DNA from: Planctomycetota bacterium
Lineage (GTDB): Bacteria > Planctomycetota > B15-G4
Length of the DNA stretch: 64,000 bases
Assembly: GCA_038212275.1 (NCBI GenBank)
Contig: JBBQUR010000001.1
Location: 288,001-352,000 of the forward strand
Direction of reading: 5' to 3'
In this document: positions 56,176-64,000 of the stretch, piece after piece
Position numbering within the stretch: the stretch's first letter is position 1
Layout of the letters: every line of letters starts with the position of its first letter
Made by a program: the position numbers and the translations under genes
Notes under the pieces: model-generated
Told to the model about the DNA's origin: nothing
What the model saw: only the letters and a program-made list of their open reading frames with translations
The model's database searches: none

Positions 56176-57278
56176 GCGCACGACGGATCCTGCTCGCCGT
56201 GGCGGCGTGTCTGCTGGTCACGGCGGGGACCTTCGCCCAGCAGGACAAGGTGTTCGACCAGGCCAGGTCGCTGCGCAGGTCAGGGCAGCCCGGAGCCGCC
56301 GCCGCGCTACTCGCCGCGGCCATCGAGCGCCACGGCCGGGACGAGCGCCTTGCCGGCTTGCGGGGACTGTGTCTGCTCGATGACCGTCGAGTGCCGGAAG
56401 CACGCGTGCTGGCCGCGCCCTTCGCAGGCTACGCCGGTCGCGAGCCGCGCGTGCACGTCCTGCTCGGCCGCCTCGCGCAGGCGGACGCGAACGCCGAGTC
56501 GGCGATCGCATCCTTTCGCGCCGCGCTCGCGCTCGAGCCGGCTTTCGTGGAGGCGTACGCGTGCCTCATCCAGGTGGCGATGTCGACGCGACAGTTCGAA
56601 CTGGCTGCCGAGGAAGCCGGGCGACTGGAAGCCATTCAGCCCGAACTGGGACGCTCGCTCGGTGCGGACGCGCTGGTCGCGCAGGCGCAGGTGATCCGCA
56701 GCGCAGCCGACGAGCAGTTCGGCTACGCCATCGAGAAGTACGAGGCTGCGCTCGTCAAGCGGCCTGGTGATCGCGCCATCGCGCGCGCGTTGCTCGACTG
56801 CATGATCGACTACTTCCGCATCGAGTCGGCGCGCGCGCTGTCCGCGTCGATCTTCTCGGAGGATCGGGACGCGGCCGAGCGCCACTACTACGAGGGCCGC
56901 TGTCTCGACGCGCTCGCGGATCCGCCGGGCGCGCTGGCCGAGTATCGCGCCGCGCTCGCGTCCGATGCCGGCCATGTGGCGGCGCGGCACCAGATCGCCC
57001 GCCTTGCGATCGAGGACGGCCGCTTCGAGGAGGCGCGCGAGCAACTTGCGCTCGCCGCGGCGGCCGGACCCGTGAGCGCGCGCTCGTGCCTGCTTCTCGG
57101 CCTCGCGGAGGAAGGCCTCGGCCACGACGTGCAGAGCGAGGCTGCCCTGCGGGAATCCGTGAGCCTCGACCCGGGAAACAACAAGGCGCTGTATCACCTT
57201 GGCAGGCTGCTGGTGCGGACGGGCCGGGGCTCGGAAGGTGAGGCCTTGCTCGCCCGAGTGAACACCGGCCCCCGATAG
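56172..57278 (+). CDS. Secreted TPR protein
   Basis: Signal peptide, multiple TPR units; ATGA overlap with the upstream gene. Confidence 0.85.
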   Translation: MSARRILLAVAACLLVTAGTFAQQDKVFDQARSLRRSGQPGAAAALLAAAIERHGRDERLAGLRGLCLLDDRRVPEARVLAAPFAGYAGREPRVHVLLGRLAQADANAESAIASFRAALALEPAFVEAYACLIQVAMSTRQFELAAEEAGRLEAIQPELGRSLGADALVAQAQVIRSAADEQFGYAIEKYEAALVKRPGDRAIARALLDCMIDYFRIESARALSASIFSEDRDAAERHYYEGRCLDALADPPGALAEYRAALASDAGHVAARHQIARLAIEDGRFEEAREQLALAAAAGPVSARSCLLLGLAEEGLGHDVQSEAALRESVSLDPGNNKALYHLGRLLVRTGRGSEGEALLARVNTGPR

Positions 57279-57288
57279 CGACCGCCCC

Positions 57289-57408
57289 GATCACGACCCG
57301 CGCGACGACGACCCGCGCGACGACGACCCGCGCGATGGCAACCCGCTCGATGAAGACCAGCGCGATGAAGAGCAGCGCGACGGTAAGCAGCGCGATGACG
57401 ACCAGCCC
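57289..57408. repeat. 15-bp tandem repeat x8, progressively diverging, between convergent genes
   Basis: gatcacgacccgcgc, gacgacgacccgcgc x2, gatggcaacccgctc, gatgaagaccagcgc, gatgaagagcagcgc, gacggtaagcagcgc, gatgacgaccagccc. Confidence 0.9.
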
Positions 57409-57413
57409 GGAAC

Positions 57414-58253
57414 TCAGGGCAGCGTGAAGAGCCCCGCGGCCGCCGTGGCGATGCCCAGCATGAGGCCGCCGACGCGAAGCAGCCGCTCGCTGCTGCCGTG
57501 GAACACCTCGGGCAGCAGGTTTCCCACCGCCACATAGAGGAACGTGCCGCACGCGAGCCCGGTGAGCAGCGGCTGCACACCCTGGTCCGCGCGGTCGGAA
57601 TGGAAGAGCGTGCCCGCGACAAGCCCCGCGGGCTCCGCCAGACAGAAGATGGCGAGGCTGCCGAAGACACGCGCATTGTCCAGTCCGGCGAGGCGCATGA
57701 TCGTCGCCAGGGAAAACGTCTCGCTCGCCTTGTGCACGGCGATCGATCCCAGGAAGGTCCACACGAGGGAAGGATCGGAAGCCACCGCCGAGTAGCCGAG
57801 CCCCGTCGCGAAGCTGTGCACCGACAAGCCGATGAAGGTGGCGAACCACACCACGCGATGCGGGTTATCCGTCGCCTCCGTGCGCGTCGCGTGACCGTGA
57901 GCTCCGTGGGAGTGGCCGGCGTGCGCGTCCTCGGCAGGGCCGTGCGCGGCGTGCCCGGTGAGCCAGATCTTCTCGATGAAGAACAGCAGCACGAGTCCGA
58001 AGAGCGCGGCGGCCCATGGCGCGACGAGCGCGAGGTGGTGGGCGTGACCGGCCTCGTCGGCCCGCAGCGCGACGGTGCCGAGCGCCAGCTCCGGCAGCAG
58101 GTGCAGGAAGATCGCACCGAGGAAGATGCCGGCGGAAATGCAGACGAAGAAGTGCAGTCCGCGCTCCGACCAGTGCCGCAGCAAAGGCAGCACCGCGCCG
58201 ACCACGGACACGAGCATGAGGACGAGCACGGCCTGGACGAGAGTTGGCGACAT
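57414..58253 (-). CDS. ZIP-family divalent metal transporter
   Basis: GIFLG..FLHLLPE, His-rich loop, VHSFATG, VHKASE and GTFLYVA..LLPE motifs. Confidence 0.92.
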   Translation of the reverse strand: MSPTLVQAVLVLMLVSVVGAVLPLLRHWSERGLHFFVCISAGIFLGAIFLHLLPELALGTVALRADEAGHAHHLALVAPWAAALFGLVLLFFIEKIWLTGHAAHGPAEDAHAGHSHGAHGHATRTEATDNPHRVVWFATFIGLSVHSFATGLGYSAVASDPSLVWTFLGSIAVHKASETFSLATIMRLAGLDNARVFGSLAIFCLAEPAGLVAGTLFHSDRADQGVQPLLTGLACGTFLYVAVGNLLPEVFHGSSERLLRVGGLMLGIATAAAGLFTLP

Positions 58254-58302
58254 GGGCCGCACAGCATAGGGACCGGGCCCCGGCGGTCCAGCGGACCTGC
58301 CG

Positions 58303-58674
58303 TCAGTGCATGCGCTCTACCGAGAGGGCGGCCTTCACGCGTGGATACTCGTCGTCCATGCGAAGGAGCAGTTCCTCCGCGCCAGCAAGCGAGCCCTGTC
58401 TGCCGAGCTGCTCCAGCTCCCGGCAGCAGTCCTCGAGCGCCCACGCGCCGAACTGCCCGCAACTGCCCTTGAGTGCGTGGGCCTCGCGGGAAATCGCCGC
58501 CGTGTCTCCCGCGTCGAACGCATGCCGCAGCAGCAGCATGCGACGCGGCGTGTCTTCCAGGAAGATGTCGACCAGCTCGGCGAGCAGGCCTCCGTCGCCG
58601 TCTTCGTCGCACGCACGGAGTTCCGCGAGCGATGCGGGGTCCAGGGTCGGCCGGCCGTGCTCGGTCATGCTCAT
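58303..58674 (-). CDS. Stand-alone Hpt phosphotransfer protein
   Basis: ELVDIFLED and AHALKGSCGQFGA..L...C.ELE motifs. Confidence 0.9.
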   Translation of the reverse strand: MSMTEHGRPTLDPASLAELRACDEDGDGGLLAELVDIFLEDTPRRMLLLRHAFDAGDTAAISREAHALKGSCGQFGAWALEDCCRELEQLGRQGSLAGAEELLLRMDDEYPRVKAALSVERMH

Positions 58675-58829
58675 CGGGAGATCCTGGAAGGCCTGGGGTC
58701 GCGCGGCTGCGCCGAGTCGAAGAATCGGTCCATCGGCAGAAGCCACCGTGTGTCTCAAGTCGAAGGCCGGCGCGGTTATGCTCCGGAGCGCGCGGAGGGC
58801 ACGGACCGCGCGGCCGGTTCGCCGGCCTG

Positions 58830-58861
58830 CTGGCCCACTGGCCCACTGGCCCACTTGCCCG
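58830..58861. repeat. 8-bp tandem repeat (CTGGCCCA x3 plus one degenerate copy) in a divergent intergenic region
   Basis: ctggccca ctggccca ctggccca cttgcccg. Confidence 0.8.
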
Positions 58862-58904
58862 CTGGCGAGACGACGACCCGAACCCCACGGAGCCCGACGG
58901 CACG

Positions 58905-60503
58905 ATGCGCTGGCTGGTGCGTGGTGATGTGGACGGTTTCTTCGGCCTGGCGCTGGACAACCTCGTCCAGCTCATCCTGATCGACACGCTGTGCCGGTCG
59001 GTGCTCGGCTTTCCGGACGCGCTGCTCTATGGGCGCGTGCTGCCCGGTGTCGCGGCGTCGCTGCTGCTCGGCAACCTGTACTACGCGTGGCAGGCGCGGC
59101 AGATCGGCCGCCAGACCGGACGCACCGACCTGTGCGCGCTGCCGTACGGGATCAACACCGTCTCGCTCTTCGGCTTCGTGTTTCTGGTCATGCTGCCGGC
59201 GAAGCTCGCGGCCGAGGCGGCAGGCGCCGCGGACCCCGCGCGAGTCGCCTGGCTGGCAGGCCTCGCGGCCACCGTGGGCAGCGGCCTCATCGAATTCTTC
59301 GGCGCGTTCGTCGCCGAGCGCATCCGCCGCGTGACGCCTCGCGCGGCGCTGCTCGCGACACTGGCCGGTATCGCGCTCACCTTCATCTCGATCGGCTTCC
59401 TCTTCCGGACCTACGCGCGCCCGACGATCGGCCTGGCGACGCTCGCCGTCGTGATGCTCACGTACTTCGGTCGCGTGCGTTTCAGGGGCGGGCTGCCGGG
59501 CGGCCTCGTCGCGGTGGCGCTTGGCACCCTGCTGGCGTGGGTCACGGGCGCGGCTCCGGTCGGCATCGCGCCCGCTGCGGGCCCGTCGCTGCATCTGCCG
59601 GTGCCGGTGATCGGCGATCTGATCGAGGCTCTCTCGAGCGGCATGCTGCTCACCTTCGTGTCGGTGATCATTCCGATGGGACTGTTCAATCTCGTCGGCT
59701 CGCTGCAGAACATCGAATCCGCAGAGGCGGCCGGCGACAGCTATCCCACGCGGCCTTCGCTCGCGGTGAACGGCGTGGGCACGCTTGTCGCAGCGCTCTT
59801 CGGCAGCTGCTTCCCGACGACGCTGTACATCGGCCACCCAGGCTGGAAGGCGATGGGTGCCCGCGCCGGCTACTCGATCCTCAATGGCGTGTTCATCACG
59901 CTCGTGTGCGTCACGGGGACGCTTGCGCACATCGTCTGGGCCGTGCCCGTGGATGCCGGCATGGCCATCGTGCTGTGGATCGGCATGGTCATCACGGCGC
60001 AGGCCTTCCAGGCCGTGCCGCGCGGTCATGCACCTGCGGTGGTCATGGGATTGCTTCCGGGCGTGGCGGCGTGGGGAGCGATCCTGGCCAAGAACTCGCT
60101 GCGTGCGGCGGGCATGGGGCCGTCCGGCGCGCTGCCGGGCGGGGGGCCGGCGCACGGCGCTCCGTTCACCGAGGCACTCGTCCCGGCATTCCTGTCCAGC
60201 GACACGTGGATCGGGGGCGCCTTCGCGCTCGAGCAGGGCTTCATCTTCACGTCGATGATCCTGGCGGCGACCGTCGTCTGCATCGTGGAACGGCACTTCG
60301 TGCGCGGTGCGGCGTGGTGCGCCGCGGCGGCCGCGCTGTCCACCCTGGGCCTGATGCACAGCTACGCGTGGACGGCAGGCGACACGGTCCTCGCGATGCA
60401 CCCGACCTGGCCGTGGGACAACCCGTGGACGCTCGGCTACAGCGCGATGAGTGCCGTGCTGCTTTCAGCGCGCTGGCTGACCGTGCCGGGCGAAGCTCAC
60501 TGA
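58905..60503 (+). CDS. NCS2-like (xanthine/uracil/vitamin C) permease
   Basis: [33 protein letters not shown] and [13 protein letters not shown] motifs; many TM helices. Confidence 0.85.
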   Translation: MRWLVRGDVDGFFGLALDNLVQLILIDTLCRSVLGFPDALLYGRVLPGVAASLLLGNLYYAWQARQIGRQTGRTDLCALPYGINTVSLFGFVFLVMLPAKLAAEAAGAADPARVAWLAGLAATVGSGLIEFFGAFVAERIRRVTPRAALLATLAGIALTFISIGFLFRTYARPTIGLATLAVVMLTYFGRVRFRGGLPGGLVAVALGTLLAWVTGAAPVGIAPAAGPSLHLPVPVIGDLIEALSSGMLLTFVSVIIPMGLFNLVGSLQNIESAEAAGDSYPTRPSLAVNGVGTLVAALFGSCFPTTLYIGHPGWKAMGARAGYSILNGVFITLVCVTGTLAHIVWAVPVDAGMAIVLWIGMVITAQAFQAVPRGHAPAVVMGLLPGVAAWGAILAKNSLRAAGMGPSGALPGGGPAHGAPFTEALVPAFLSSDTWIGGAFALEQGFIFTSMILAATVVCIVERHFVRGAAWCAAAAALSTLGLMHSYAWTAGDTVLAMHPTWPWDNPWTLGYSAMSAVLLSARWLTVPGEAH

Positions 60504-60727
60504 GGACGCGCGAGCGCCGCGTCGAGCACGGCATCGCGCCCCGCGAACCAGTCTGCAGGCAGGGCCGGCACGAACAGGTCGGGTTGAATGCCGTCGGGCG
60601 TGCCGCCGGTGGGTTCGCCGACCAGCCGAAGTCGCGTGCCGTCCTCGCGACAGGAGTTGTACTGCACGTGGACGGCGCGCTCATCCGGCAGCGTCATCAT
60701 CCAGAAGGTCTTGTCGACAGCCCGCAG
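60497..60727 (-). pseudogene. Internally deleted remnant of an S41-family peptidase
   Basis: Open frame joins FW...VHVQYNSC, LVGEPTGG and GIQPD..V....DWFAGRDAVLDAAL, motifs normally far apart in S41 peptidases; no catalytic Ser segment seen. Confidence 0.55.
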
Positions 60728-60738
60728 TCAGCGCGCGG

Positions 60739-62031
60739 TCAGGGCTTGATGAGTGAACCGGTCTTCAGCGTGCCCGTCGCGATGCCCTGCGGGCCCGAGC
60801 GCTGGAAGTCGCCCGAGCCGCTCTTGAGCAGGAAACGCGCGGGCAGCGTGGGTGCGTCGGGCTGCGAGACCAGCTTGCCGCGCAGCTTGAGCTGCACGGC
60901 GGTGGTGCCTTCCTGGGCGGCCGCTGCGCCGACCTGCAGCGCGCCGAGCACAGCCGTCTTTCCGTCCGTGCCCGACGTCGCCAGCAGGCCGTTCAGGATC
61001 CACGTGTCGCTCTGCCATGACTGCGCGAGCGGGCCGTCCGGCTCGAGGAGCCGCACGCTCAGCTGCGGCCGGCCCGGCGCGTACGACACCACGGCCTTCG
61101 CGCTGAACTTCTCGGACTTCTGATCGGGCCGCGTCAGCCGCCCCTTGATCGAGGCCTTGAAGAGAAAGGGCGTGAAGGCCAGACCGCGCGGTGCCAGCGC
61201 GCTGCCGTCCGCGCCGAGGACGCGCACGACCGCTCCGTCGGCATCGAAGGCGATCACGCGGTCGTTGCCCGAAGAGTTCACGTAGAGCAGGCCGTCGGGG
61301 CCGAAGCAGAGTCCCGCAGGCTGCTGCAGCAGGCCGTCGCCATCGAAGGAATGGACCACGCTGCCGGCCGAGTCGAGGGCGAACACGAGATCATTGCCGG
61401 AGGATGAGGCCCAGAGCGTGCCGTCCCCGTCAAAGCAGAGGCCGAGCGGTTCGGAGAGCGCGCCCTCGGCGTCGTACTCGTCCACGAAGGCGCCCGAAGG
61501 ATCGAAGACGGCGATGCGGTCGTCGCCCCTGCTCGCAACGCACAGCCGGCCGTCGGGACCGAAGGCCAGACCCCACGGTTGCTGCAGGCCGTCGAACGCA
61601 CCGATCTGTCCGGAGAGCACGCCCTCGCGATCGAAGACGAGCACGCTGTCGGTGCCCGCGGACGCGACGTAGAGCGCGCCGTCCGGACCGAAGGCGAGAC
61701 CGCAGGGATCTGCGAGCGGCGTGCCGCTGCCAAAGGTATTCAGCACGGCGCCGCTCGCGTCGGTCACGAGCACGAGGTCGCTGCCGGAGTCGCTCACGAA
61801 GAGCGTGCCGTCCGGTGCGAAGGCCAGGTCCTGCGGCAGCATCAGGCCGGTGACGGGTTGGGGCAGGGTGCCGCCGCCCTCGTCGTAGGCTGCCACCGCG
61901 CCGCTCCCGGCAGACGCGATGAGCAGCTCGCCCGACGGGAACAGCTCGGGATCGGCCTCCTTCTGGAGGGCGATCGCCGTGAGGTTCAGGCAGGCGAGAG
62001 CGACGGTGGCGACGGCTGTCCTGGTGTTCAT
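60739..62031 (-). CDS. Secreted NHL-repeat beta-propeller protein, paralog of 8674-9966
   Basis: Signal peptide; repeated PxGLAFGPDG.LYV units; similar C-terminal domain. Confidence 0.82.
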   Translation of the reverse strand: MNTRTAVATVALACLNLTAIALQKEADPELFPSGELLIASAGSGAVAAYDEGGGTLPQPVTGLMLPQDLAFAPDGTLFVSDSGSDLVLVTDASGAVLNTFGSGTPLADPCGLAFGPDGALYVASAGTDSVLVFDREGVLSGQIGAFDGLQQPWGLAFGPDGRLCVASRGDDRIAVFDPSGAFVDEYDAEGALSEPLGLCFDGDGTLWASSSGNDLVFALDSAGSVVHSFDGDGLLQQPAGLCFGPDGLLYVNSSGNDRVIAFDADGAVVRVLGADGSALAPRGLAFTPFLFKASIKGRLTRPDQKSEKFSAKAVVSYAPGRPQLSVRLLEPDGPLAQSWQSDTWILNGLLATSGTDGKTAVLGALQVGAAAAQEGTTAVQLKLRGKLVSQPDAPTLPARFLLKSGSGDFQRSGPQGIATGTLKTGSLIKP

Positions 62032-62169
62032 CCCTGTGTGCCATGGCGAAGAAGGAGAGCTCGCCGTGCAGACTGATCGCCCTTCGGCGGCGTGCGACTT
62101 GAGCGATCGGGCGGAGGGGAGGGCGGATCGATCGCGGCCGTGCGGCTCGGGCGCGCTAGGCTCTGCGCC

Positions 62170-63075
62170 ATGACCCTTTCGCCCCACGATGCCCGTGACG
62201 TCGCCGGCAGCGGGCCGCCCGGCCCGCGGCAGCCGGAGCGCTCGTCAGTGGCGGTCGTGCCAGTCCGCCGGGTGGAGGCTGCGGGGGCGTCCGCGACGCA
62301 GCCCGGAGGCGAAGACCTCGGTGGCGAGGACCGCGTCGTCGTCGAGGAGCCGCTCGAGGTGCGCCTCGGGACGCGGAGCCTTTTCATCACGATGCGAACT
62401 CCGGGTGCGGACCTCGATCTCGTGCGCGGCCTGCTCTTCACGGAAGGCCTGGTCGCGCGAGCGGAGGACATCGGCGCCCTGCAGCATTGCGCGGACGTGC
62501 CGGCGGAGGCGCGCGGCAACGTCGTCGTCGTGTCGCTGAACCCGGGCGCCGCGCTGGTCGAGGAGCACGCCGTGCGCGTGGGACTCATCACGTCGGCGTG
62601 CGGCGTGTGCGGCAAGGCGACGCTGGAAGCCTCGGGTCGCGGTGCGCCCGTCGTGCGCGCGGGGCCGATGCTCTCGCGCGAGCTGCTGCTCTCGCTGCCG
62701 GCGCGTCTCTCGGACGGCCAGCAGTTGTTCGCGAGCACCGGGGGCCTGCACGCCGCCGCGCTCTTCGCCGCCGATGGCCGGCGCCTCGCGCTCGCCGAGG
62801 ACGTCGGCCGCCACAACGCCGTGGACAAGGTGGTCGGCGAGGCGCTGCGCTTCCGGCGCGTGCCGCTGCACGACACGCTGCTGCTCGTCTCGGGGCGCAC
62901 CGGTTTCGAGATCATCCACAAGGCACGGCGCGCCGGCATTCCCGTGGTGGCGTCGGTGTCGGCGCCGTCAAGCCTGGCCATCGACATGGCGCGCGACGCG
63001 GGGCAGACGCTCATCGGCTTCCTGCGCGACGGCGGCTTCAACATCTACTGCGGTGCCGGACGTTTCGGCCCGTGA
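62170..63075 (+). CDS. fdhD: Formate dehydrogenase accessory sulfurtransferase FdhD
   Basis: EEPLE, TMRTPG, SACGVCGK, TGGLHAA, EDVGRHNAVDK and SAPSSLA motifs. Confidence 0.95.
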   Translation: MTLSPHDARDVAGSGPPGPRQPERSSVAVVPVRRVEAAGASATQPGGEDLGGEDRVVVEEPLEVRLGTRSLFITMRTPGADLDLVRGLLFTEGLVARAEDIGALQHCADVPAEARGNVVVVSLNPGAALVEEHAVRVGLITSACGVCGKATLEASGRGAPVVRAGPMLSRELLLSLPARLSDGQQLFASTGGLHAAALFAADGRRLALAEDVGRHNAVDKVVGEALRFRRVPLHDTLLLVSGRTGFEIIHKARRAGIPVVASVSAPSSLAIDMARDAGQTLIGFLRDGGFNIYCGAGRFGP

Positions 63076-63228
63076 GCACCGCGGCATGCGGCGCGGCCGA
63101 CGGCTCCGGTGTGCGGGGCAACGATCTCCGGCGCGACGAGCCGGCTCGTCGCACGGGTGACGGGACGTCGTGCTCCTGCGACACTGCGCGCGTGCGTCCC
63201 GAGGCATGAACAGGAAGGAGTCTCCGGC

Positions 63229-64000
63229 ATGAGCCGTGCGCGTCTGCAGGGCCTGATGAGCTGCCGGCTGCACGCCGTCGCCGTCGCCGTCGCGGCCTGC
63301 ATGCTGCTGACCGTGCTGGCGGGCTGCGGACCCGGACGACCGGCGGGCCGCAACATCGTGGTCATCACGCTGGACACCACGCGGGCCGACCACGTCTCCG
63401 CCTACGGCTATCCACCGCGGACCACGCCGCATGCCGACGCTCTGGCAGTCAAGGGCATGCTCTTTGAGCAGGCCTACGCGCCGATGCCGCAGACGCTGCC
63501 CTCGCACAGTTCGATGTTCACCGGCTTGATGCCGCGACATCACGGCGCCCTCGAGAACCACGACGTGCTGCCGGACACGGTGCAGACGCTGGCCGAGGTG
63601 CTTCGCGAGCGCGGTTACGACACGGCCGCGTGCATCGCGGCGGCCGTGCTGGACCACACGACCGGCATCCAGCAGGGATTCGCGACCTTCGACGAACCGC
63701 ACGGGATCGCGAAGAACAGCCAGCATCCGGTCGAGCGACGCGGTGACGCGGTGACCGACGCGGCGCTCGCGTGGGCGCAGTCGGCGCGCGACCGTGACAA
63801 GCCGTTCTTCCTGTGGGCGCACTACTACGACGCGCACGGTCCCTTCGAGGCTCCCGACGACTCCGTCCCGCTGCCCATCGTCGAAGCGCAGGTGTCGGCG
63901 CTCGCCGGAGCCTTCACGGACTCGGAGCTGGACCTCAAGTCGATCGCGCGGCTTTGGTGTGCGTACGACAACGAGATCGCCTACGCCGACGAGCAGGTGC
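63229..64000 (+). CDS. Sulfatase-like lipoprotein, runs off the window end (absent from the ORF track)
   Basis: AGGAAGGAG RBS; LAGC lipobox; NIVVITLDTTRADH, QTLPSHSSMFTG, HYYDAHGP and YDNEIAYAD motifs. Confidence 0.88.
   Translation, partial: MSRARLQGLMSCRLHAVAVAVAACMLLTVLAGCGPGRPAGRNIVVITLDTTRADHVSAYGYPPRTTPHADALAVKGMLFEQAYAPMPQTLPSHSSMFTGLMPRHHGALENHDVLPDTVQTLAEVLRERGYDTAACIAAAVLDHTTGIQQGFATFDEPHGIAKNSQHPVERRGDAVTDAALAWAQSARDRDKPFFLWAHYYDAHGPFEAPDDSVPLPIVEAQVSALAGAFTDSELDLKSIARLWCAYDNEIAYADEQV

Noticed and set aside
42501..57408. Tandem arrays at 42501 and 57289 as CRISPR
   Set aside because: Units are 10-15 bp and contiguous, with no unique spacers and no cas genes.
57289..57408. Repeat encoding a peptide (DDDPR-like on plus, hydrophobic on minus)
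   Set aside because: No start codon or RBS, and it is out of frame with both flanking genes.
60728..61018. In-frame TGA at 60728-60730 joining ORF 60728-61018 to the S41 remnant as Sec read-through
   Set aside because: The upstream ORF is a shadow frame of the NHL gene, and the TGA is not in a redox motif.

Overview
Very GC-rich (roughly 70% by eye) bacterial chromosomal segment. It is most consistent with a Planctomycetota-like organism, inferred from the DUF1501/DUF1800 pair, a CRTAC1/ASPIC-UnbV protein, a multiheme-TPR lipoprotein and sulfatase-like lipoproteins. About 57 CDS are supportable, including pstA-pstB-phoU, plsY-gpsA, an ISC Fe-S operon (Rrf2-iscS-iscU-iscA-hscB-hscA-iscX, no fdx), larB-larC-larE without larA, a PPi-type PFK, a 1189-aa GltD/NfnB-NfnA-like fusion, a two-component system and fdhD. 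I found no rRNA, tRNA, CRISPR array or mobile element. The main hidden signal is two genes that the ORF track splits at an in-frame TGA lying exactly at a catalytic Cys position, each followed by a SECIS-like hairpin. These are an AhpD-like peroxidase (CxxU, 2786-3376) and a stand-alone PrdB/GrdB-like protein (UxxC, 4428-5252), the latter ending a GT2-DUF547-selenoprotein operon. Other items of note are a SIR2-STAND-TPR protein with degenerate SIR2 catalytic motifs, -10 boxes directly abutting five start codons (leaderless-type mRNAs), a shared 15-bp repeat family at convergent gene ends, and a collapsed S41-peptidase remnant. All family assignments come from motif recognition only; no searches were run.
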